Source: Lingula anatina (taxonomy: Eukaryota; Animalia; Brachiopoda). From it: 64,000 nt of DNA. The notes under the pieces were generated by a model that was not told the DNA's origin, did no database searches, and was given only the letters and a program-made list of their open reading frames with translations. Of this stretch, positions 1 through 11,793 are shown in pieces (the stretch's first letter is position 1; the number at the start of each line of letters is the position of its first letter). The position numbers were made by a program, and so were the translations under genes. The stretch lies in NCBI GenBank assembly GCA_051362555.1, contig CM120640.1:5022001-5086000 (forward strand). The letters are read 5' to 3'.

Positions 1-429
1 AAAACTGCGGTACTACCAGAGTACATATATAATTTACTGTATATACAGACTTGACATTTAATATGGAATATTTCAGTTTTGAAGGTATACCTAGGTAAAA
101 ATACGTTCTTTTTTCAAAAAACTCCGATCTCATATAAGATTTATGAATGTAAAAGTGTGCAGTCAGGTGTGTCACTACCAATTAACTGACTTTCATGCCT
201 GTTGCGCTGCTACATTATGTAAATTGCAGTGATTTAATTGGGTAGTGTTCCTTTGGGCTGATCAAAGCTTGGCTTAGGCAAAGCTTGGTTCTGTCAAAAA
301 AATATCCATATTTCGGCAACTACTGGATAGAATAATTTGAAATTTTGCATGCAAGAGGTCAGTTTTGCAGTGCGTAAAATGAGCCAAGTAGTGCTTTACA
401 AATTTGTTAATCTAAGGCAGAATGGCGCG

Positions 430-1420
430 AAAAAGACAGACATAACCAGACAGATCATAGCGCCAAACGGAACGGTCCCCACAGTTTTATAGAGTAATGC
501 CCAGACTGATGTACCTACACAGAGGTGACCCCCAATGTATCAAAATTTTACCTACAGGGTACAGGACCCACTGTCTTTCGGTATACGCTGCTGCAACTCA
601 ACAAAAAGCACTTAGTCCCTTCAGAACGAGGGGTAAATTGCCACTAAAATGCATTTTTCAAAGCCCTTAGCGAACACTTAACTGGTTTTAGCAGGTAAGA
701 ACACCAAATGACCTCCGAGGTACCCACTGTATACAGCAAAACATCGTCGTCTGTTTCTCTAATGAATTGGGGGCCATGAACGATTCTGGGTAGAACACTG
801 AAACTGCGTGGCTTTCTTTATTGAGGTCAGATTTCACCTGTACCGCCCAATTAGTCAAAACAGAGTTTACAGATATCCAGAAGAGGCCTGCGACGAAGCA
901 TATGCCGGGTCTAAAGTGACAAGGGTGATTGACAGCGTCAGTATTTGGAGTAGATTCCACATTGGTGCCAAAACACCAACGGTAGTCATCGACGAAAACC
1001 TGAACCAGATCAAATAAAGGAATAATCTCGGAACCACTTGACTATCATTTGATAGGGGGCAACTTAGGAACAATTCTAGGTTGCACGATGAGGTTGCAGG
1101 TTCACACAGAGCACTTTTAATAGCAGATAACTTACAGAACCAAGGGAATGAGCAGCTACCCTGGTCATCAAAATCGCCACATTTGAACCACATAGACAAT
1201 ATTTCGGTAGACCATTACTCACCAATCAACTGCCTACATGTCCTACAACAAAACTGGACCAGATTGGACAATTTTAGACCTATGCCTGGAATGCTATTCC
1301 AGATTGAACTCTTAAAACCTACCCCCAAGAAATGCCTTGCCGCTTGAGAGCGCTGGCAACAGCCACGAAGAGGCCAGGCGTAACAACGACCATTACTGTG
1401 ACTAGCAACTGACATGAGGA
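430..1420 (+). mobile_element. Degenerate Tc1/mariner-family DNA transposon (transposase remnant with stops and frameshifts)
   Basis: ORF fragments 808-1017 (EVRFHL..RVYRYPEE..SVSIWSRFHIGAKTPTVVIDENLN) and 1081-1347 (HDEVAGSHRA..LQNQGNEQLPWSSKSPHLNHIDNI) match the Tc1 DDE-domain motifs SDESRF..RVYRR, GSVMVWG, QDNAxxH and WPSxSPDLNPIE in the expected order. Ends are approximate. Confidence 0.8.
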
Positions 1421-1956
1421 TCTTTTGTGGAGCGTATTACCCTTTTACAGACGATAATTTGGAAAATATGGAGATCTAAAATATCTCTTTTAATGGGAGT
1501 CGTATGACATAGAATAGGCAACGTGTTTTTGTTTGCTTCTCTGGCGAATTCCATTAATGAACTGATGTCACAATGACATCCAAGAGATAATTTAAAGTTA
1601 TTAAAACACGATTTTAATCCTTATTTTCATTTATCAGTCAGCAAAATAGGAAAAAACTGATAAAAAATTATTTAGAAAAAAATATTCCATATTAAATGTC
1701 AAGTCTGGATATTTCTTGGCGAGTTACACGCCGTTATGCAAAGGTCTCAGCTAGGCGCCGAGTAAAGGATCGATGAATATGTATCGTACGATTTAATGTT
1801 ACTGCCGTTTATGCATTCTTTAAATTACTTTTGGTGTAACACAGTTTCAAAAATAATGTGAATGTGTTAACCATAATTTCATGTTCAATGATGTGTTAAG
1901 AATACTGAAATGATGCCATGAAAGTTAAGCGGCTTTAATACGCAATATGATTTCAG

Positions 1957-3256
1957 ATTTCAACATTCATTGCATCCATTTGGAATGGACTGAATCAAGA
2001 AACCAAAAACCTTGTCCAGAGAGATGTACGTATAATGTTAATATTTATCGTGAATATTCATATCATTACATGTACAGTAGCACAAACATCTCAGTTCACA
2101 TCCCTATGACTTTTATTTTTAAATAATCGACGTAACACTAAAAGTCAGTGGACAGGCACTTAATGTATTGTAACATATGTTCATGTTTTGTTGATTGAAA
2201 TTTCAGCTAAAATGCTGTGGTTTCAACGGAACAGAAGAATATAACAGCAATGGGCAACTTAATGTCGATTCCAGCTGTGTCAACACCACCTCATCTACTA
2301 CAACGCCATCTAGTGTGGACCCCAGTCAACTCTACAAGACAGGATGCGGAGAAAACATCTTGCAGTGGCTGAATAATAACAGGGTCGTATGGGCTTGCAT
2401 ACTTGGCGTTCTGGGTTTACTAGAAGTAAGTTAACCGCTGTTGATTAGGCCTATCTATGCAACTTTTTTTTCTGTTTGCGTTACAAGCCACATTTGTCGG
2501 CCAGTAGAAACGTGTTTTTTTTTCGCAAGTACATTGTAACATTTCACTGGTGGTGTTGCCTTCATTTGCCACTGACGATTTTTTTATTTTCACTTCCACG
2601 CGCACAAAAGTGCTAGATCTAAGATTACCATACAGTGAGAACGTACAATAATATGTTTGTAGATGGTTTAGTAATTAAACGTTAAAGATGCTTTGTTTAT
2701 TGACTTCATTCTTCTATTTTTTCTTGGATTTAAGCCTCTGTGCGTCATATACGGTTTTTTATTTATTGTTCCAATACATAAAGTGAAATGTTTTAAATAA
2801 AACATATTAAAAAATATTGCTGTTCCGTCACATAACTCGCATCATTTTGAAAAATTCTAAAATAATTACCACCAATTTGACATTTTAATGGTCCTTTTTT
2901 TTCTCAATTTTCCTACTTGATTCCCATTTATATATAAAGAAAATGTTTTGTTTTAGTTAGCCGCTATCATGGCCGCGAGCAACGTGGCAGCAACGCTTCA
3001 CGTAATGCAGAAAGTGAATGTGTCAAGTGAGCGTGTGACGTCTGCTACGACTTCCACCACAGACGGCACGGAACTGTCGGAATTAGATTCCGATGATTCC
3101 GAGGAACCATGGGATCCTCCTCCTGCATGGAACACGAGATCTAACAACAAAAAGAAAGGGGTGGCTCCTCATAGTAATCAGTTCTCAGTACCAGGACACT
3201 CACCCCCTCCGTACTTCAGCGGGAAGCGCCCGCCGCCTAACGCGCATAGAAACTAG
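1957..3256 (+). CDS. Tetraspanin-family protein, last three coding exons (1957-2025, 2207-2425, 2957-3256); 5' exons lie upstream of the window
   Basis: AG/GT-bounded phase-0 exons join to ISTFIASIWNGLNQETKNLVQRD|LKCCGFNG...SSC...LYKTGC...VVWACILGVLGLLE|LAAIMAA...*. This contains the CCG motif, the EC2 cysteines and TM4 with the conserved Glu. Confidence 0.88.
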
Positions 3257-5639
3257 ACAATCAGGAAAAATATTAAAATGAAAACCAAAATGAAAATTAG
3301 ACTGTAGACTTATGAATGGTTGTAATTTGTGACTAGTGAAACTGTTTACAAGGATGTGAAACGTTTTTGATCTCGTTTCTTCATGGCTGTTTTATTTTTT
3401 ATTATATTTTGTTTACCAATTTAATATACAAAGAAAATATGCCCACCACATAATTTTTGAATTCTAGGATGTAAATATTTCTTCCCAATTGTACAGTATT
3501 ACGGCGTTGAGCGCATAACGTTGTATATAATTGTTATTTAAAAAAATTATCAATCAATATGTATATGCTATTACCGGGGTATAGGCACTCTGAGCCTCAG
3601 AGATAAGCTTGAAACTTATCTCTAAACTATATAATATCCTTGCCGTTACAAGTTTTCTGAAACAATAAGGGTATGATTTAGTGTAGAGGTAAGTTTCAAG
3701 ATATCTCTGTAGTTCAGGGTAGATATAGGGGGAACTGTTGAGGCCGGCCTGAGCATACATCATTTAAAATCCTGTTTTCATTTTCACGAGATATACTGCA
3801 TGTAGATATTAAAAGAAAGAAATGTTTTTCAGTAGGAACAGGATGAATATGCTCTTTGATAGGGCCTATAGATGTATGTAGGCCTATATATATATAAGTA
3901 CCTATATTTAGAGATGAAGTTAAAACAAATATTCTAGCTGTATGTGGGGTATTGACTAAAATTGATTTTCTATGAAGATATTATGTACAGCACTTTCCAT
4001 TTTTGCATATATAATGTAGATATTTGTTTTTTTTTTCAGGAGAAAATGTACATAAGCCAGAGTTTCAAATTTATAATATTATATTTTTTACAGAAAAGAA
4101 TGCCGTCCTCTTCGACATGTGTGCAAAGAAATAAAAAATCTATCTTTATGTATAATATTTTCAATGCCTGTTGTTTTTTTATTTTTTATTTTTTTTGATG
4201 ATAAACTCTGTGGATATGCTTATTCAACCACGTCTTTTAATATCAAATTTCTAAACAAAAAGTCCAACCCAGAGGTGGGAGAGGGGGGGTGAGAGAAGGG
4301 AGGGGTCAATGTGCCTGTTTCATCAGATATGCTCAGGGTGCATTCATTCACATAAATGAAAAGGTCATTGGTAAAATCAAAACGCATGATCAGTAACATC
4401 AGAACGGAATCCATTCTATAGTGAGACGGAGAGAGAGCGAGAAGGTCTGATCGCGTGCATTATATTTTTCGTCTGCCTCCCTCACCTATTGTTGCAATCT
4501 AGTGAATTATTCATGGTGGTGAAAGAAGTAATTTGGCAATTCATTGTAAGTTCTACTGTTGGTTTCACACCTTGAGTCGTTGAGTCTGCTACAGAAAAAA
4601 GTAGTTAACACGCAAGTAAGACATTACTGAGGAATTTACACATTATACATGTACGTGGCTGCCAGGAGTACAAGTCAATGTCTGTGATGGACACTTCACT
4701 TACCAAATGATTCAAGTATAAACGTACATATACAGAAATACAAAGAAATTAAAAAATACACTCTTGGTATTTAGAAGAACGCTTATCCTTACGATATAGG
4801 ATAAGCGATATAGACTGTTTAGCAATTGTTTGTGAAAGAGCGAAATTCATTTAACAAAGCCAAAACAGGAATGGTGCGCTCACCTGGTGTATGTGTGGTG
4901 AGAGTCGGGCAGAATATAGTGCCACAAATGAGGGAGTTGATGATGGGATGGGTGGATTGAAGTAGCATGTCTCACCGCAGTTATACACACTCGTCTATAT
5001 ACAAACTTGGTGTAGAGTTTGAAATGGCTTCTGAATCCACAAAGTGGCGTTCCTCTGGCACTGACAGGCATGTGCTTTCATGAGTACGATGTTAGGTGTT
5101 CATCAACTTTGCGTTTTCTTTCCATCCCAAGACAGTTTTTATTCAGGCACAGAAATCCGATTCCCCGCAGAGAAAATCACGGTTGGAAAAAATCCTTAAA
5201 AGGGGGTATTATGGTGGGTACCACGAGTGAAGATTCGTGGTAGATTTTTTCCTGTGAGATCATATCGATCGGATGGTACTTCTCTTTTGTAATGGTTTAT
5301 TGAATTCTGCAGAAATCGATGATCAATTATATCATTTACTCAAAATAATTATTTTTAAACATTATTAAGTGGAACAGTTGGGAATAAGCTTCCTTTGTCT
5401 CTACACGTGTATGGAATGTTCTCCCGACAGAAAAAAGTCCTTAGTCTCGTGTTGGACTGAAATGCAAATTTTTACATGTTCCGAAAGTGAAACTTCCTTG
5501 CGGAGAGTGTTAGCTCTGACTGGGGTGAGCATTGATTTTATAGCCAAACACGGTGATTAAGTGGAAAAATATCAATAAGAGGAGTCGCCAGGTGTGCAAA
5601 ATGCATGAAAAAGGGAGGTTCGTATTTGGGGAGATCACG

Positions 5640-6851
5640 CAAAGCCACTACGACACACCTGCAATAGCTACAGGTTACTCCTGGCGTCTGACGGAAAACG
5701 AAGCGTCTGTGGTAAGTAAAATTGGTTGGCCGTTGCCCCTTGTCGGCTGTGAAAGCCTGGTGTTATTTTATTAGAAGGTTGTATTTCTATATCGCTTTTC
5801 TTTTTATTTAATCCAAAGAAGTAAATAGCTGTGTTGCAGTTAACTATTCATAACCCGTTCATGTGATTGCTTTGGGACGTTTCATGTCATCAGTAAATGA
5901 TTTTAATTTCAGTTTTCAAATTAAAATTAAGAAATGGGCGTTTTATTAATAACATGTTAGTTGATAATTAGCGTTTGTTGAATTTGTATTTTTTTTTTTA
6001 TAATTGCGGTTTTAAGAGGCGTAGCAACAACAATATTAGAATCAGTTGCCTACTAAAATACAACCCTAGTTTTGTAATATTGTCCCATATTAACTCATGC
6101 TTTAAGGTTAATTTTGACAAAAAGGTTGGGGTCAACCCAATGAACATTACATCATTTAACATAATTTGTGCAATAGCTGCCGAGAGGTTGTGATCATCTG
6201 CGTTGATCTCGGGTTAATCAATGGTTAATAATTAACACACACCTCGATTACATCTGGAACGATAAGCTGTACTATGCGTGTCAAACGTCACTGACTAAGG
6301 AGTCAAAAGGGTTCCGTCTTGCTGGTATAACTAACATCTACAGCGTTTCGATTATTGCATACCCTGTATTTTAGTTGATGGGCTGTAAGGGGCGGGGCGT
6401 GGAGAGTGGATGTGTAATTTTAGTATTCAACGTAAAGATAAGAGGGGTGTTTTTTCGCCGCCGAAATTGAGTGTGTTGTGCGGTTTCGAATATTTTTTAG
6501 AAACACGAAAGGGTTGCTGCACACATCAAAAAGGTATTGTTAATCGACCACTATAGGTATGTATTCTTAACGTGGTCGATCGGATATCGATAAATGCCTT
6601 TGAACTAAATCAAGCTCCATATATTGAACTCAATATCTTCAAATTTGCGTTGTCTTCAGTTTATTATAAACGAAATCGACAAGCTAAGATTACCATTTAT
6701 CTGGTTGGTGGTAGATCTTTTGTTCTCTGGTGGTTTCTTAAAATAGAATTTTCGTCCATAATTGTAAACAGAAATTTCGATCTTTTTGAGGTGAAAGTAT
6801 TATATATAAAAAACAATTAACGATTAATTCTGTTCCTCTATAATTTTTCAG
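5640..6851 (+). other. Probable non-coding 5' exon (ending 5711) and first intron of the 6968-7738 gene
   Basis: Strong donor TG|GTAAGT at 5711/5712 and a polypyrimidine acceptor TTTTTCAG ending 6851, upstream of the CDS. The exon start is not determined. Confidence 0.45.
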
Positions 6852-6967
6852 TGAATTAGGACACCTATCTGGAATCCAAAAGTCGCCTCAATTCCGTGTA
6901 GGGTATCCGAGGAAATCTTTGCAAAATTTTTTGTGCGTGGGGGACATATGTGTACGTGTGGTTCACC

Positions 6968-7738
6968 ATGTCCAGTTTGATCATAAAAGGTGATTTTCAG
7001 TGCAGGAACAATACGTTGGTGCTGAGGGACACAGGGCTGTTGTTACCATTAAACTGCTCGTGTTTAGTTCAAAGGTCATGTAATACTGGTAAAGTCTGGA
7101 ACATAGTAAACAGCAAGGCGAACAGCAAGGGCGAACTAGACCCAGAAGGCGCCATGACGTATATAGTTATTGTTGTTGCATTTTATGCGCTTGCGTTGGT
7201 GCTTGTCATGGTAAAACTGATGAAAGGTAACAGGGCTTTGGACAACGCCGACGAGGAGAAAGAACTGAAAATGTTCATTAAGAAACGCCAGCTGGCGAAA
7301 CTACAGACTGCAAGTCCCGTGGGACCTGACATCAGAAAGGGCCTTGTTGAAGCAGCGCAGAGTATGAAGTTTGAATTCCCCATGGGTTTGGCAAACATTT
7401 CACCACGGTCCAGTGTATCCTCAATGGGGGCGGGTAGCGGGAATACCTCTCCATCACAGTCCCTTGGCTTACCGTCGCCAATTGAGCGCAGGTCCCCAGT
7501 GTTAAGCCGTATGTACTCCGTAGACATCCCCTCTATACAGCCAAATAATTCCTCAGTACTCTCTCTCACTGATCCCAAGATGACGTATAAGCGGATGTCG
7601 TCACTGGACGCGCCGTCGCCATTTGTTGAGAGAAAACGGAAACAGTCGACGATATCTGTCCCCGAGGTGATAGTGACAGGGCCAGAGGAATCTGAGAACG
7701 TGTTCTGCTCGGAGAGGGACAAATGTCTACCACCTTAA
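6968..7738 (+). CDS. 256-aa single-pass membrane protein (KCNE-like TM helix, long Ser-rich cytoplasmic tail), single coding exon
   Basis: Long ORF in AT-rich DNA with start context ACCATG at 6968. One hydrophobic segment YIVIVVAFYALALVLVMV followed by KLMK, N-terminal sequons NNT and NCS, no signal peptide, AATAAA at 8415. Confidence 0.8.
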   Translation: MSSLIIKGDFQCRNNTLVLRDTGLLLPLNCSCLVQRSCNTGKVWNIVNSKANSKGELDPEGAMTYIVIVVAFYALALVLVMVKLMKGNRALDNADEEKELKMFIKKRQLAKLQTASPVGPDIRKGLVEAAQSMKFEFPMGLANISPRSSVSSMGAGSGNTSPSQSLGLPSPIERRSPVLSRMYSVDIPSIQPNNSSVLSLTDPKMTYKRMSSLDAPSPFVERKRKQSTISVPEVIVTGPEESENVFCSERDKCLPP

Positions 7739-9377
7739 ATTTAAACTTGTAGACTATTTAAATACTTTATACTGATGTCATGTCAATACTTACTGCACCT
7801 TATGATTCATTACCATCTAAGATACTGTGACTCAGCAAAGAAAGTCATACGTTGCTCTTTGGTTATGACGTACATGTATGTATATGTGCGTGCCATCTGT
7901 GTGGACATAGATTAGATGTTTAAATGTAATGAATAATGAATTTCCAAGGGTTAAATCTGCAGATGCTATGAGTATGGGCCCATGGAATCATATTCTATTC
8001 AACAAACCTCATTTTAACCAACATAACATTATAATGGTTTTAAAAGGAAGCGCTTCCGAAGTTTATCCGTCCAAAAGTAATTGCTTAAGGAAAAGTTAAG
8101 AATATCAGTATGATTTTTCAGTATTCGACAGTTTTCCAAATTCTAAAAAGTTTTGATTGGATGGGAGGTGTCGGATTAGCATATATAATCTTCTTCATCT
8201 TTTTAATCTACATGTATGTCAGTAGTTTCTGTGAAGGTGTCCGTAAATCTTAACAGACATTTCTCCGCACACAGTATCGCTTTTACATGTGTCACAAAAC
8301 ATACTTCAGGGTTCACATATATTATCAAGAAGCTAGGGTGACGTTTCTTGTATCACACATATATAAAAGTCTGAAATAATCGAATATTGTTATGCCTTTC
8401 ATACATATTTTATCAATAAAACAAAAAACGATTGTATTTGCAGTACAAAATATATACAATATATATTCAAAGTTAATCATCGTTGACAATATATATATAG
8501 TTACACAAACATTGAGATAATTCTTATATGGGAATGATATGCCTGTGCCTACCTAAAATATATATTATAGTCTTTGTTGCCAGGACATACGGAACGAACC
8601 CAATAACATTTTGATGAAAACAGAATAATGAACGTCACGCACTTTTAATTTGATTCACTCAACACAGAAGGCAAAATAAAATAAAGCATAAGCAATTGGC
8701 TGTGTTTTTTGCCATATTTTAAATTTTTACTTATTTATTTATTTGGCAATTTTGCATACCGCAATTTTGTCAGTCGCATCTAAAACAGCATTTGAATGGT
8801 TTCCACAATATCAAATGTCCAGCTTATGGCTACTCAGGTCATGGGTACGTAACCATATGGTTGAAACTTATTATCTTTAGTGGCATACAGATATGATCAC
8901 ATTCCTTCTGGACCATCCTCATGAGAACGCAACAACTGTTCTATAAATATGGTGATTTTCGTTATATATATCAAGGCGATTTACGTAACTAAGGGCCTTT
9001 TAAAAATGGAGTTAAATTTTTTCTTGTCTCTGCTAAAATAACTTTTTAACAAATATGAACAAACAAAAAAGCCAAATATTTCAAATGAACATAACGTGTT
9101 CATTTTGTAACGTTTTGGCATTTGGCAACGTAACAATGATAACCTTTTTAGGCAGCAATGCCCTGAATTTCTTATCTTCATAAATTTCGTCATAGCCATA
9201 CAACGTGACCCCCGCATTCTAAGACTTCTTTTAACTATACATTCTTATTCGGCAACAGCCTTTATTTCGAACAGTTGACACGAAAGTCGACGTTCAGGAT
9301 TCAACACGTGGATTTCCATGTGAGTTTCAGTTTTAACCTCTGTACGCTTAACACGCTTACCTAACGTAGGAACGCCG

Positions 9378-9412
9378 CACGTCACACCACGTGCTTACGG
9401 TGACTTTATAAG
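9378..9412 (+). promoter_or_regulatory. Putative proximal promoter of the secreted repeat-peptide gene (CRE-like CACGTCA, E-box CACGTG, TATA-like TTATAAG)
   Basis: Motifs cluster about 90-120 bp upstream of the ATG at 9499. Confidence 0.45.
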
Positions 9413-9498
9413 AGCCGCTAGCCTGCCGTATCTGTCTCTCTTACTTGGTAAACTAGGCAGTCAAAGACCAATCTCTCTTAGAAAGAACCACAGTCGAC

Positions 9499-11403
9499 AT
9501 GAACACATTTGTTGTTGCGTTAGTTATAGCTGTAGTTGGAACTGAAGCTGCTTCCCTCAATGGGCAAAGTGAGTAGTACCTGCAGTATTGTCTTCTTCGG
9601 TAGTAGGGACAACAAGTTGTGGGAAAAGAAAGGTCCTTTCTGACGATAATTTGCTTTTAATTTTGAAATATTTAGAGAAAAATTAAAGAATTATTCTGTT
9701 TAAAAATGAAACTAATATTGACATTGGTGAGCATAAAATGACTTACATGAAAATGTGTCAAATTAACTCGAAAAGGCGCTCAGTACTCATTTCGGTGGAG
9801 TATTTTATGCCAAGATTTCGCCACCTCTGCCTTTGAGTACTAACATTAATTATGTGAAATTGACATCCAGGCGGCTGTTTATATGACGGCAAAATATACG
9901 CAAAGGGAGCAGAGATAAGATTTGGGAATTGTTTGGGTGCCATGACTTGCGATGGCGACAACAGTTACTCCAATCTGGTCCAATGGGGGTAAGTTAAAAC
10001 CAAATATTTTATTTTGGTCTGATGGGGCAAGTCAATTTTCTTCAATGAAACTCTGCAATATGTTATAGTTATACGCATACATGTACATGCAGAAAATATT
10101 TAAATTAAGTAAAAGTTATGTAAATGGTTAATGAGTCCAAAGTTTTTCTGAATTTTTTAACGGACTGGAAATCATTTCAGGTCGACTCCTTCGTTGTAAT
10201 TATTAGTATTGACTTGGAAAGATCTATTTCAGTGGAATCTGCCCAGAAAAGGACAGCAAAAGAGAGAACAAAAGTGAGTACGAATTTCTTTCCTACTCGG
10301 TATTCTGATCTCAAACACCATCCAGGCGTGCATGTACTTTATAATATAATTTATGTCGTTACATTTAACCAGGTCCCAATCTTCATAATACTTGTAACTT
10401 AACTTTAAATTCCAGATGGCTGTTGGTTTGATGGCAAAGAGTATGCCAAGGGAGAGCAGATAGTTTTCGGCAATTGCCTGGGCGCAATGACGTGCGATGG
10501 AGACAATAGTTATTCAAACTTGGTCCAGTGGGGGTGGGTGAAGATGTTACGTTTAGTCACAGATCAGAAATGCCTCTTAATCATATATCTTCTACAGTGG
10601 ATAACTATATGTGCTTATTTGTAAACAATGAATTGAGAATCAAGTGTTTTTTTATACACCGTATATCAACTTGTTAACATGCAAATGTTAACTTCTACTG
10701 TATATATTAATCATAGCAGCACGTTAGAAAAGTATACCGTAGCTACCATCTATATTTCATTATATTTGATGACCTTAACATATTTAAATGAAGCAAACTT
10801 TTGTTTTGATATATTCAACTTGATTCACAAAATTGTATTATATTCTATATGTATTTATCTTGTGTTTCAAAAAACGTCTTTGTTAACATTTGTATGTTTA
10901 TCTCACGTTTTGCAAACTGTTTTTAATACTGTTACTGTTACATGTGTACAGGAACGTCTGCCCTAATAAAGATAGCAAGAGAGAAAGCATGGGTGAGTAT
11001 CATAATCTCTACTTTCATTCCTTTCATCCCCTTGGTTGTTTGTCGGTCTTAACACACCTCCTGCGTAATTACTGATCAAATGTCATCAAAAACAACTTGA
11101 AAGTCATCTTTTTTAAACTTTCAGATGGATGCTATTTCGATGGAAAAATGTACGCGAAAGGAGAACAAATAAGGTTTGGAAACTGTCTAGGTGCAATGAC
11201 TTGTGATGGCAACAACAGCTATTCAAACTTAGTCCAATGGGGGTAGGTGCCACTTTTAATATAATTTTAAAATATTAATAAATCTAAAAATAGCTTTAAT
11301 GTAAAGAACATATTTTGAAAATAATGTATGTCGACATGAGTGAAATGTTCATTCTAAACTTATCATTTATATTTTCTCTAGGAATGTTTGTCCCGGCAAC
11401 TAA
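9499..11403 (+). CDS. Secreted 175-aa precursor with three tandem 4-Cys (VWC/SVWC-like) modules separated by KR sites; exons 9499-9568, 9871-9988, 10233-10273, 10416-10533, 10952-10992, 11125-11242, 11382-11403
   Basis: All junctions are GT-AG with compatible phases (528 nt total). Translation: MNTFVVALVIAVVGTEAASLNGQSGCLYDGKIYAKGAEIRFGNCLGAMTCDGDNSYSNLVQWGGICPEKDSKRENKNGCWFDGKEYAKGEQIVFGNCLGAMTCDGDNSYSNLVQWGNVCPNKDSKRESMDGCYFDGKMYAKGEQIRFGNCLGAMTCDGNNSYSNLVQWGNVCPGN*. Signal peptide at the N-terminus, AATAAA at 11489. Confidence 0.92.
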
Positions 11404-11793
11404 CAATGAAGACCAAAGGGATCACTAACAAGAGTCAAATTTTACATTACATTAAAAAGTGATGTATTGAGATTTATATAATTTTTGTAATAAAAAGCGA
11501 AAGTTTACATGACACTTTTGTTTTATGATAATCTTTTCAATATATTTATTAAAACCAAACATTAACAAATGTTGCATTTGTGGTCATATAAAATTACTTC
11601 TCAATGAAATGTGAAGGAAAACAGTAAACACAATCCAATCGCACTGGATAATATACGTACAGTACATGTAAATGTGCCAATAATGTAACTCCAGTGTGTC
11701 CATATAATAAGCATGACGTTCAATAATGTAAAAAGGGAATAGTATGCTAGCCGGTATAAATGAAAACCACCAAGTAAAAACAAGGCGCAAAAA

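Noticed and set aside
7183-7722. 179-aa minus-strand ORF
   Set aside because: Antisense shadow of the 6968-7738 CDS with no independent features.
9871-11242. Three spaced direct repeats superficially like a CRISPR array or TE repeats
   Set aside because: They are splice-bounded coding exons that differ mainly at synonymous sites.
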